DNA of 64,000 bases from an uncultured Nitrospiraceae bacterium. GTDB lineage: Bacteria; Nitrospirota; Nitrospiria; Nitrospirales; Nitrospiraceae. The position numbers and the translations under genes are program-made. Under the pieces are notes generated by a model. That model searched no databases. It was not told the DNA's origin and saw nothing but the letters and a program-made list of their open reading frames with translations. Of the stretch, positions 19,510 through 28,682 are shown in pieces (positions within the stretch are counted from its first letter, which is position 1; each line of letters begins with the position of its first letter). The stretch spans positions 2,304,001 to 2,368,000 of the forward strand of contig CAWJWJ010000002.1 in the NCBI GenBank assembly GCA_963846575.1. Reading direction: 5' to 3'.

Positions 19510-21651
19510 CTACAGCCGCGGTCCGAACTCCCGCCAGGACCAGATGTGGTTCGAATCGAGCGCCACATTGGAGACTTCGTATAACGCCAGTAATTCCCGA
19601 TAGCGGGACGCAGTGAGCGGTCGACTCCCGTCAGGCCCGGCCGGCAGAGGTTCGAACGTGAGGGTCGCCTCCTCCACCCGCTCCGTGAGAAATGAGTACA
19701 GCAATATTCCATCGCGACTGGCCAATCCGACCAGATTGTCGTACACGCTTGTGAGATAGGCCGCCTGATCCGGCAGACAGTCCCGCACCAGCACGCAGGT
19801 GAGATCCTGTCCCGCAAACGGCGCGACCGGGGGCAACGCGCCGGTCAAGGCCAGAAGCGTGGGCGCGACATCCACATGACTCGCAATGGTGGACACAGCC
19901 CGGGAACGGTACGTGGCCGGCGTCCGCAACGATTCGTCCATCCAGATCAGCATCGGCGACGCGAAATGGCCGAGCTTCCGCTCGACATCGGTGCTGCCCA
20001 CTGATTCATGCCGTCCGTGATCACCGATGATGACGACAACCGTATTGCGCAAGAGCCCTTCGCGAACCAGTTTGGTGAACACCCGCTCCAATTCAAGGTC
20101 CGTGTACCGAAGGGCCCCGACATATTGATCCGTCACCTGCTGCTGTAGCGTGCGGACCTCGGGATGGTGAGGGGGCGCGGCGAAGGGATGATGGGTGGAC
20201 AGCGTGAGCGTAGTCAGAAAGAACGGTTTGCCTTCCGCCTGCCGCTGCTTGATCCGCTCATAACAGAGGTCGAACAGGGCGCCGTCGACGATGCCCAGGC
20301 CGGCTCGTTCCGCCCCTGCCGGGAAATCGCCCTCGTCCAGCATCTGCTGAAGCCCGTTTCTCGACAGGAAGGTCTGCAACCGGTTGAGATCCCGATGCTG
20401 GCCGATCACCATCTCCGTGCTATAGCCTCGGCGCTGCAAGAGCGACGGCAGGCAGAGATAATCATGCGCATACCGCGTTTTCATGGCGGCGGCTCCATGC
20501 CTCGGATAAGTACTGCACAGGGTCGCAAAGAGTCCCCTGGAGGTCTGGACGCCGTTCGAGAAAAAATTGGTGAAATAGACGCTGTCGTCTTTCAGTCGAT
20601 CGAGAAACGGAGTCCCCCGCACCTCGCCATAGGTCTGTCCCAGATACCGGCGGTCCAACCCTTCCAGAAACAGGATGATGACGTTCGCGGGCTTGGACAA
20701 CCGGATGCCGTCGGCCGCGGTCGTCCTAGTCCGGACCAGGGGATACCGCGCATCCGGAAACACGTTGCCCGGTCCCAACAGGCCTTGAGCCGTGCGAACG
20801 GCCTCGTCGTAAGGCATACGCGCGCCGTTCGCCCGCTGGGCCATGGACCCCCTCGAGACCCACGCCACCCGTAACGCCTCGCTGGCAAACAGCACCGGAT
20901 TCTGGGCCAGCGTATAGTAGACCGAGCTGCCGATGTGCGCGATCCGGATCCCGTACGGCCCTGATGGATGGAAGCCGGCGCCACCACCGACCAACCCGAC
21001 ACAAAGCAACGCGTTGGCCTGAAAACCGGACAGGGGCTGCCATCGAAAAAGCGCCGGAACCACGACCGCGGAATAACCCCACCACCAGAGTCCGATCCCG
21101 ACCACCTGAATACTCAGGAAAAGCAGGACCCGTCCCGCCCATTTTCCAACGGCCTCCAGTTCCGCGCCGGTCTGTTGCAACGCCTGAACATTCGTCGCAT
21201 CCGTCGTCGCCGCAGGCGCGAAGAGATCGCCGATATATTCCAGAAACACGAAATCCATATGTTGGCGATTGAAGCCGTAATACCCCATGTCCACCGACAG
21301 GAGCATGAACAACAGGATCGCGAACAGGAAACAGCCCACATGAAAGGCCCGCCGGAACGAGAGGGAAAATCGCGCCGGAACGCCTCGCACCAGGCCCCAT
21401 CCTTGTTTCAGCAAGGCCCATCCGCCGGCGCCGATCGCGGCCAGCACCAAGGCGAAGGTGGCGGTGATGAAATCCCCCCGCATTCCGACGGCCAGGGTCT
21501 TGATCAAGAGCGCCCCGGTCGGTGTTTCCTGGGAGAAGGCGTCTCCAAGCAGGAACACACGCTCCGCCGTCTGCATCACGACGAACAGAATCCACCAGAA
21601 GAGCAGGGTCTTTCGAATCGACGGCTGTGCGAAGGTCCATCCCGGTCTCAT
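19510..21651 (-). CDS. LTA synthase / phosphoglycerol transferase (sulfatase superfamily) membrane protein
   Basis: About five N-terminal TM segments, then NVIILFLEGL, SNGVQTSRG (candidate catalytic Thr), TLSTHHPF, IIGDHG, SHVDVAPT. Confidence 0.8.
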   Translation of the reverse strand: MRPGWTFAQPSIRKTLLFWWILFVVMQTAERVFLLGDAFSQETPTGALLIKTLAVGMRGDFITATFALVLAAIGAGGWALLKQGWGLVRGVPARFSLSFRRAFHVGCFLFAILLFMLLSVDMGYYGFNRQHMDFVFLEYIGDLFAPAATTDATNVQALQQTGAELEAVGKWAGRVLLFLSIQVVGIGLWWWGYSAVVVPALFRWQPLSGFQANALLCVGLVGGGAGFHPSGPYGIRIAHIGSSVYYTLAQNPVLFASEALRVAWVSRGSMAQRANGARMPYDEAVRTAQGLLGPGNVFPDARYPLVRTRTTAADGIRLSKPANVIILFLEGLDRRYLGQTYGEVRGTPFLDRLKDDSVYFTNFFSNGVQTSRGLFATLCSTYPRHGAAAMKTRYAHDYLCLPSLLQRRGYSTEMVIGQHRDLNRLQTFLSRNGLQQMLDEGDFPAGAERAGLGIVDGALFDLCYERIKQRQAEGKPFFLTTLTLSTHHPFAAPPHHPEVRTLQQQVTDQYVGALRYTDLELERVFTKLVREGLLRNTVVVIIGDHGRHESVGSTDVERKLGHFASPMLIWMDESLRTPATYRSRAVSTIASHVDVAPTLLALTGALPPVAPFAGQDLTCVLVRDCLPDQAAYLTSVYDNLVGLASRDGILLYSFLTERVEEATLTFEPLPAGPDGSRPLTASRYRELLALYEVSNVALDSNHIWSWREFGPRL

Positions 21652-22751
21652 GATGCGATCACCCGCCGGTAGGTCCGTTCCAGTTCATCCACCATGCGGT
21701 CGATCGAATAGGATCGCTCCACCGTCTGGCGCCCGCGTCGGCCCATGGCCGCGCATAACCCGGGGTCGGCCAACAACCGTCCGATGCGATCGGCCAAGGC
21801 GTCGGGATCACGCGGCGGGACGATGAAGCCCGATTCCTGGTCGGTCACGACATCGGGAATCGATCCGGTCGTCGTCGACACGACGGGCAACCCGATCGCC
21901 AGGGCTTGCATCAATACCTGGGGAATGGTGTCGCCCTCTACTGTGGGAATCACGAACAGGTCCAACGAGCGGAACACATCCAGCAAATCGTCCCGAAAAC
22001 CCAACATGCGGACATCCGCCGCCAGCCCCAGACGCTCGATCTGCTCGCGGATGTTCTGTTCCTCCGGCCCCTCGCCCACAATGAGGAACGCCACCCGCTG
22101 GTGGTGCTTCAACACCCTGGCGGCAGCCTCGACAAAATACCGATGGCCTTTGTAGTCGCGCAGGTAGGAAATGATCCCGACGAGCCGGTGACCTGACGGA
22201 ATGCCCAGTTCGGCCCGGATATCCTGCCGCGGTTCGGCCGGCGAAAAATGCTCCACGTCCAGCCCGATGGGAAAGGCCGCCACCCGGTCCGGTGCCAATC
22301 CGTCCCGATGGATAAGATCCTGGCGGTTCCGTTCGCCGCCGGTCACGATGACCAGATCGAACAGCCGCCTGTACAACAGATGCGTGGCGCGATTGTTCGT
22401 CAGCGGTGCGGAAATATGCCGGGTGCGAATGAGTTTGGGACGCGGGTGTACCAATCGAGTCGCAAGCGCCGCCAGCCAGCTGTCACGCGAGCTGTTCACA
22501 TGCACGATGTCGGGACGTTCCCGTTGCAGGAGCCGGCGGAAGGCCCACATAGACCAGGGCAGCCGCCATTGCTGCATGATGAAGGGTTCGACCGGGAGCC
22601 CGCGATCCCCGGCCATGCCCATGATGGGACTCTCGGGTTCCAGGACCAGCCGCACGCGATGACCTCGTGTCCACAACCGCTCGGCATGCAGCAGAACCGC
22701 CAGTTCCTGCCCGCCTACCGTTCTACTGGATTCCGCAATCAGAATATTCAC
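21648..22751 (-). CDS. GT4 family glycosyltransferase
   Basis: GGQE, HVNSSRDSW, IRTRH, KGH, VGEGP, EGDTIPQVLMQALA. Confidence 0.88.
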   Translation of the reverse strand: MNILIAESSRTVGGQELAVLLHAERLWTRGHRVRLVLEPESPIMGMAGDRGLPVEPFIMQQWRLPWSMWAFRRLLQRERPDIVHVNSSRDSWLAALATRLVHPRPKLIRTRHISAPLTNNRATHLLYRRLFDLVIVTGGERNRQDLIHRDGLAPDRVAAFPIGLDVEHFSPAEPRQDIRAELGIPSGHRLVGIISYLRDYKGHRYFVEAAARVLKHHQRVAFLIVGEGPEEQNIREQIERLGLAADVRMLGFRDDLLDVFRSLDLFVIPTVEGDTIPQVLMQALAIGLPVVSTTTGSIPDVVTDQESGFIVPPRDPDALADRIGRLLADPGLCAAMGRRGRQTVERSYSIDRMVDELERTYRRVIAS

Positions 22752-23791
22752 AACGATCTCGGCTTCGGTGATCGGTCAAGTTGCTGCTGCACGGCGTGGA
22801 CGACCTGGTCCGGCCGGACTTCCGTCAGACATTCAAGTTTCACGGCTCGAGGACAATCCCGGCGGAAGCAGGGGCTGCATTCCACGGGGTGGGAGAGCAC
22901 CAGATGACCCCTGCCGTAAGGTCCGGTCCGGCGCGGATCCGTCGGCCCGAATAATGCCACCACGGGCGTGTCCACTGCCGCCGCAATGTGCATCGGACCG
23001 GAATCGTTCGTGATCAAGACGGACGCCTGTCGCAACAAACAGGGCAATAACCCTACAGGGGTGCGTCCCGTCAGATCAACCGCTTTTGTGCGCATGCAGG
23101 CCATCACGGCCTGTGCCTCCTGCCGTTCGGCGGTGCCCCCGATGAACAGGATCGGGATGCCCTGCAGGCGCGAGAGCTCGTCCGCCGCATCGGCAAAATG
23201 CTGCGTCGGCCAGCGTTTCGTTTCCCAGCGCGCGGAAGCGTTGATCGCAATCCACGGCGACGACGCGACCACGCCGGAATCGGCAAGAATTCTCTCCACC
23301 GCCTGCCGGTCCTCCGGCCGATCGATAAACTCAAAGTGAGGTTGCGCCGGACGTTCCGCACCCAGTGCCTCCGCGACCAGGAGGTACCGATCGACCGCAT
23401 GCATCGGTCCGCCCGGCACTTCGACCCGCCTGGTATAGAATAAGGGGCTGCCTTCACGGGCGTTGGCGAACCCGATTCGGTGGCGACATCCGCTCAGCCA
23501 GGCCATGGCGCCGCTCCGGAACAGACCCTGCAAATCGACCACGAGATCGAACTGAGCCGCACGAAGCTCCGGTACTCGTCCCACCCAGCCCGATAGGCCC
23601 CCCTCGACCCTGCAGACGCGATCGACGCCCTTCATGACTTCCACCAACGGCGCCCATTGTCGCTTCACCAGCCAGGTGACCTCCGCGTGAGGGAAACAGC
23701 TGCGCAAGGCAGCCAGGGCCGGCATGGCATGGACAATATCGCCGAGAGAGCTCGGCTTGATGAACAGCAGTCTACGTACAAGATCGGTCAT
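22748..23791 (-). CDS. GT9 LPS heptosyltransferase (WaaC-like)
   Basis: IKPSSLGDIVHAMP, DLQGLFRS, WETKRWP, NDSGPMHIAAA, ALFGPTDP. Confidence 0.85.
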   Translation of the reverse strand: MTDLVRRLLFIKPSSLGDIVHAMPALAALRSCFPHAEVTWLVKRQWAPLVEVMKGVDRVCRVEGGLSGWVGRVPELRAAQFDLVVDLQGLFRSGAMAWLSGCRHRIGFANAREGSPLFYTRRVEVPGGPMHAVDRYLLVAEALGAERPAQPHFEFIDRPEDRQAVERILADSGVVASSPWIAINASARWETKRWPTQHFADAADELSRLQGIPILFIGGTAERQEAQAVMACMRTKAVDLTGRTPVGLLPCLLRQASVLITNDSGPMHIAAAVDTPVVALFGPTDPRRTGPYGRGHLVLSHPVECSPCFRRDCPRAVKLECLTEVRPDQVVHAVQQQLDRSPKPRSL

Positions 23792-23816
23792 CAGGCCACC
23801 ACAGACCAGGCCCCGT

Positions 23817-25511
23817 TCAGGAAGGCACCTGCGGGGCAGGCGGCCTGCCGGCCGCTTGGGCCAGAATCCACTCCACCGCTTGCGGCAAACCTTCCGCCAC
23901 GAGGTCCGGCGCCACGCCTCGGAGCGTGAGGTCAGCCAGCGTCTCCGGTCCCGACGGGCCGGTGAGGACCAGCAGGCTCTTCGCCCCGACCTGTTTGGCC
24001 AGTTCGATATCCCGCGCGCTATCTCCGATTACATAGGCGCGACCGAGATCCACCCGCAGTTCCGCGACGGCGCGGTGAATCATGCCCGGCGCAGGTTTGC
24101 GGCAGTTGCAGTGATCATCGGGATGGTGCGGGCAAAAATACAACCCGTCCAGCGTCACCTGATCTTCGGCCAGCAGCAGGCGCAGTTTGGCATGGACCGC
24201 CTCGAGATCCTTCCCGCCAAAGTATCCTCGCCCCAGTCCGGACTGGTTCGTCACCACGACCAGGCGCGCCCCCGCCTCCTTGAGCCGCGCCAGCGCGGCG
24301 CCGGTGCCGGGCAGCAACGTCAATTCCTCCGGAGACTTGATGTAGCCGGTGTCTTTGTTGAGCGTCCCGTCGCGATCAAGAAATACGGTCACGCCCGCCA
24401 GCGAATGGGGATCGACGCGGCGCTGCACCGGCGCGGGTTCAATAATCGGTTGAGGCGCCACCAGCGGAAGATGCTCCACCGTCGCACCGTAGACCTGCTC
24501 CACCGTGACGCCGGTCATGCAGCGGTGATCAATCGGACATTCCCGCAACAGGCAGGGCGCACAGGACACCGGTTGCCGGACCAGCTTCGCGTCGACTCCG
24601 TAGGGTGCCGTGCTGTCCCAATCAGTCGGACCGAACACGGCGACCAGGGGAACGTTGAACGCCGCCGCCACATGCATAGGACCGGTATCATTCGTCAGAA
24701 AGAGCTGGCAGCGCTTCACGAGCGCCATCAACTCCCGCACCGTGGTCTGTCCGGAACAGACGACGGTGCGCGTCTTGATCTGTGCGGCAATCGCCTGCCC
24801 TAATTGCTCCTCGCCCTTGGCCCCGATGATGGCCACCCCGATTCTCGCATGGCCTTGAGCCTGCACATCCTTCAACAGCCGATTGACAACCTCGGCGTAT
24901 CGGTCCGGGAGCCATCGCTTCGCATGGCCGTACGTCGAGCCCGGATTGACGCCGATCACCGGGTCCGATGCTCCGATCCCCGCATCGGCCAACCGTCTGG
25001 CGATTGACGAGGATTCGTCCGGCGTCACGAACAAGCGGGGGGCCGGCGCAGGCCCCTGTCCCCCGAGCGGCTTGAGCAAACCCCAATAATAGTCCACCTG
25101 ATGTCTCTGGCCGTTCCGTGGCGGGACCGTGACGGGATCGGTCAGCAGCAGGCTCCGGCCGTCGGTCGCATAACCGAACCGTCTGGGGATCCCGGCCAGG
25201 AAACTGATCACGGCTGCCTCGAACGCATTCTGGAACAGGATCGCGAGATCGAACCGATGGCGGCGTAACACGCCGGCCAGCGTCCATTTGCCGCTGAGCC
25301 CCGCATGGCGTCCCCGATCGTCATACACCAACGTCCGATTCACCGCCGGGTGCCGCGCCAGCAACTCCGCGATCGAGGACTTGGCCAGCAGCGTGATCTC
25401 GGCCTGTGGAAACAGCGTGCGGACCTGGCTCAAGGCCGGCTCGCACATGACCGCATCTCCCAACCAGTTCGGCGCACGGACGACGATACGATGAATCCCT
25501 TCCTTACGCAT
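23817..25511 (-). CDS. waaF: Fusion: heptosyltransferase II (WaaF) plus D,D-heptose-1,7-bisphosphate phosphatase (GmhB)
   Basis: N-terminal RAPNWLGDAVM, NPGSTYGHAKRW, NDTGPMHVAAA. C-terminal HAD domain FLDRDGTLN, VTNQSG, CPHHPDDHCNCRKP, IGDSARD. Single open frame. Confidence 0.9.
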   Translation of the reverse strand: MRKEGIHRIVVRAPNWLGDAVMCEPALSQVRTLFPQAEITLLAKSSIAELLARHPAVNRTLVYDDRGRHAGLSGKWTLAGVLRRHRFDLAILFQNAFEAAVISFLAGIPRRFGYATDGRSLLLTDPVTVPPRNGQRHQVDYYWGLLKPLGGQGPAPAPRLFVTPDESSSIARRLADAGIGASDPVIGVNPGSTYGHAKRWLPDRYAEVVNRLLKDVQAQGHARIGVAIIGAKGEEQLGQAIAAQIKTRTVVCSGQTTVRELMALVKRCQLFLTNDTGPMHVAAAFNVPLVAVFGPTDWDSTAPYGVDAKLVRQPVSCAPCLLRECPIDHRCMTGVTVEQVYGATVEHLPLVAPQPIIEPAPVQRRVDPHSLAGVTVFLDRDGTLNKDTGYIKSPEELTLLPGTGAALARLKEAGARLVVVTNQSGLGRGYFGGKDLEAVHAKLRLLLAEDQVTLDGLYFCPHHPDDHCNCRKPAPGMIHRAVAELRVDLGRAYVIGDSARDIELAKQVGAKSLLVLTGPSGPETLADLTLRGVAPDLVAEGLPQAVEWILAQAAGRPPAPQVPS

Positions 25512-26586
25512 GCCGTTTTGTCCCCGCTGGCGGCGGATCGAGTCGCAACAACTGCTCCACTTGCTCCTGCCCTCTCCAGATCTCCGTCCGAAGCCTGACG
25601 GCCCAGCAGACATCCTGCGCACCCAGAAAGCGCGCCACCTTGCCGGCGTCCTTTTCGGTCGTGACCCAGAGGTCCGCACCGGAGGCCTTCGCCTTGGCTC
25701 GAATCGCGTCCACCATGCCTTCGGTATAGTGCACATGGTCGGGAAAGGCCAGGGTCTCCACCACCTTCACCCCCAGTCCCGCTACCAAGGCATGAAATGA
25801 CCCGGCATTTCCGACCCCGCTGAACAACAGCGCCGGCCGGCCGCGAAAGTCTGCCAACGGGCGACTGCCTTCCCCACCGACGCGTCGAAATTCCTCGGCG
25901 GGAAAGTCCACCAGCGCCGGCGATGGAAGTGGGCCGCAGGCTCGGATCAGATGACTCCATACTGCGTCGGCATCCTGCTCCGTCCCGGCCCTGGTCACCA
26001 GGATGGCCGTGGCGCGTCCCGCCGCCGCGAGAGGTTCCCGCAAACGCCCGGCCGGCAACGCGGCCTGAATGCCCCTGAGGTCCGTCGCATCCACCAGTAA
26101 CAAATTCACATCGCGATGCAGTTGCACATGCTGAAACCCGTCATCCAGCACAAAACAATCCACCGGCAGACGACTCAGGACCCATTGACCGAGCGCATAA
26201 CGATCCCCACCCACGGCCACGACAGCGCGAGGACAACGGCATGCGATGAGATAGGGCTCGTCCCCGGCCTCCTCCGGTCCCACGAGCACCTGCTGTCCGT
26301 CCGACACCAGTACCTGCGGCGCCTGACTCCGGCGCCGGTACCCCCGGCTCAAGACCGCCACTCGCCGACCCTGCGCCGTCAACCGTTCCACCAGGTGCAT
26401 GACCACAGGCGTTTTGCCGGTTCCCCCCACCGTGAGATTTCCCACGCTGATCACCGGCCGAGGCAATCGTTGCTTGCGGAACCAACCGCGCGCGTAACAC
26501 CAGAGCCGGACACGAGCCACAAGTTCGTATGGAGCGCCGAGCCACCACCGGCAGGATCGCGGCCGCACCGGGGCATTCTCGTTCAT
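25504..26586 (-). CDS. lpxK: Tetraacyldisaccharide 4'-kinase
   Basis: VISVGNLTVGGTGKTP, LSRGY, GDEP, LDDGFQH, PAGRLRE, FPDH, TTEKDA. Confidence 0.95.
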   Translation of the reverse strand: MNENAPVRPRSCRWWLGAPYELVARVRLWCYARGWFRKQRLPRPVISVGNLTVGGTGKTPVVMHLVERLTAQGRRVAVLSRGYRRRSQAPQVLVSDGQQVLVGPEEAGDEPYLIACRCPRAVVAVGGDRYALGQWVLSRLPVDCFVLDDGFQHVQLHRDVNLLLVDATDLRGIQAALPAGRLREPLAAAGRATAILVTRAGTEQDADAVWSHLIRACGPLPSPALVDFPAEEFRRVGGEGSRPLADFRGRPALLFSGVGNAGSFHALVAGLGVKVVETLAFPDHVHYTEGMVDAIRAKAKASGADLWVTTEKDAGKVARFLGAQDVCWAVRLRTEIWRGQEQVEQLLRLDPPPAGTKRHA

Positions 26587-27944
26587 CACGATTGTCGACT
26601 CGACATCTCCCCCGATCGATCCACCGGGTCGGATTCCGTGGCACCCGCGCCGGGGAGCAGGGTCGCGATGACATCTGCGGTGCGCCGGAGCGCCCCCTGG
26701 TTGTTCGCCACGACCTGTTGCGCGGACTGCCCCATTCGTCGCAAGCCATCCGGGTCGCGCAACAGCTCCCGCAAGGTGTGCGCAAGGTCCTGTCCGTCCT
26801 TCACCATTCGGCCACCCTGGGCGTTCGACAATAACGTCGCCACCTCGGCACAGTGATCGGTATGGGGACCGAACAGGACCGGTATGCCCCACAGCGCGGG
26901 TTCCAGAAGATTGTGACCTCCTATGGGCACCAGGGTGCCGCCCACAAAACCCATCAGGGCTTCGCGATAAAGCAGGGCCAGTTCGCCGCGCGTATCCAAT
27001 ACCAGCACCCGCGGGCCGCTCCCCGCCATCTGTCCCTTGTCAGTCCGGCTGCGAAGCGACACCGGAAGCCCCTTGCCGCGCACCATCTGCTCGACCTGCG
27101 CCGCCCGTTCGACATGGCGGGGCGCGAGCACCAGCAGGAGATGCGGAAACTCGGTGGCAAGCGACTGATACGCATGCACTATCGCCTCTTCCTCGCCGGG
27201 ATGCGTGCTCCCCGCCACCAGCAATTCCTCCCGCTCGTTCAAACCCAGGATGACCCTCGAGAGACTGCTGCCATCACCCCTCACCTGCGGAACCGGCTGG
27301 TCGAATTTGATATTGCCGGTGCACCGGACCCGTGACGGCTCCGCTCCCAGCGCGATCATGCGCTGGGCATCCCGCTCGGATTGCATGAGGCAGCAGCTGA
27401 TCATGTTGAGCATCGTGCGATAGAACCCCCGGATCACCGGCAGGCGCTGCCGCTCGAATGAACGGGTGGACAGCCGCCCATTCACGAGAATCGAGGGTAT
27501 ACGACGCCGCCGTAAACTCCGCAGGAGATTCGGCCAGAGTTCCGTCTCGACGAAGACGTACAAGGCGGGCTCAAGCCGGTCGATCACCTGGTTGACGACC
27601 CAGGGAAAATCCAGCGGCGCATATCGATGTTCGGCCACTCCCTCCAGGCGCTGCTCGACCGCTTCGCGGCCGGTCTCCGTCACGGTTGAGACGATCAATC
27701 GTGCCTCGGGATAACGCTCGCGCAGCTCGCGGACGAGCGGTGCCACCGCCACGACTTCTCCCAGTGACACCGCATGAATCCAGATGACGCGGCCGGCGGG
27801 GCCGGCCGGCCGGCGGCGAGGCGGCTCCGCCACCAGTCCCAACCGCTGCGGAAGCCCCCGGCGACAACGCTGCTTAGCCAGAAGGACGAGAAGAATAACC
27901 GGCGACACCAGAAGCAGAAGGCAATTATAGAGCAGATACCACAT
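26586..27944 (-). CDS. waaA: Kdo transferase
   Basis: WIHAVSLGE, TETG, PLD, ETELWPN, GNIKFD, AGSTHPGEE, APRH, GGHNLLEPA. Confidence 0.95.
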   Translation of the reverse strand: MWYLLYNCLLLLVSPVILLVLLAKQRCRRGLPQRLGLVAEPPRRRPAGPAGRVIWIHAVSLGEVVAVAPLVRELRERYPEARLIVSTVTETGREAVEQRLEGVAEHRYAPLDFPWVVNQVIDRLEPALYVFVETELWPNLLRSLRRRRIPSILVNGRLSTRSFERQRLPVIRGFYRTMLNMISCCLMQSERDAQRMIALGAEPSRVRCTGNIKFDQPVPQVRGDGSSLSRVILGLNEREELLVAGSTHPGEEEAIVHAYQSLATEFPHLLLVLAPRHVERAAQVEQMVRGKGLPVSLRSRTDKGQMAGSGPRVLVLDTRGELALLYREALMGFVGGTLVPIGGHNLLEPALWGIPVLFGPHTDHCAEVATLLSNAQGGRMVKDGQDLAHTLRELLRDPDGLRRMGQSAQQVVANNQGALRRTADVIATLLPGAGATESDPVDRSGEMSSRQS

Positions 27945-28665
27945 CACGGACCGGCCCGCAGGACCGCCGCGTCGGCCTCGATCGTCATGCGGTTCAGGGT
28001 GTCTTCCAACTCCCGGCGATACCGCTCCAGGTCGTCAGGGGACGAGTCGGATGGAACGCTGATGGGAGCCCCGTAGTGGATGCAGGCTCGCGTGAAGGGA
28101 TACGGCATGATGAAGCGGTCCCAGCTCGCAAAGAGTTTTTTTTTGAGCAACCGAACGCCATGGGGACGATCGGCAAGGCGGTTGCTCTGGCCAGTTGCAC
28201 GACGCCGATTTTCGCGATCTGGCGCGGCCCCTTCGGGCCGTCGGGCGTCAGGACCAGATTGTACCCCGAGCGGCCGAGACGGATCAGCTTCCGAAGCGCC
28301 TCCGCCCCTCCTCTGGTGCTGGAGCCGCGGACTGCATCCAGGCCGAATCGCGCCACGATGCGCCGGATCATTTCCCCATCGCGGTGCTGGCTGATCAGCA
28401 CATGGGCCTCCAGCCCGGGAAATCCCAACGGCATCATGAGTTGCTGAGCATGCCAGAACGCCAGAATCACCCGTTGCCCCTGGGCCATGTTCCGGGACAG
28501 TTCCTCCAGCCCTTCGATGCGTAGCGTCATGGTCCGACCCAGGAGCCGGATCACCTGATAGCCCACGGGCGGAACCACCGCGACCTTGAGGGCATTCGTC
28601 ACACGCTTCATCAGCGCCGGTTGCGGAGGGGTGGCAGAGGGATCGTTCGTCATCGCACTACTCAT
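27944..28665 (-). CDS. DUF374 / LpxJ-family lipid A acyltransferase; full-length product needs a -1 frameshift at an A9 run (28136-28144)
   Basis: Frame 0 gives AFWH, ISQHRDGE, VRGSSTRGG, TPDGPKGP. After the run, the -1 frame gives LFASWDRFIMPYPF and ends in TGATG overlapping the waaA start. Confidence 0.85.
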
Positions 28666-28682
28666 GACGCCTCGCGTTGTCG

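Noticed and set aside
15639..26892. N-terminal extensions in the ORF track (starts at 17114, 25736, 26892, 18856, 15768)
   Set aside because: They overlap upstream genes. Family motifs and stop/start overlaps point to the shorter starts used above.
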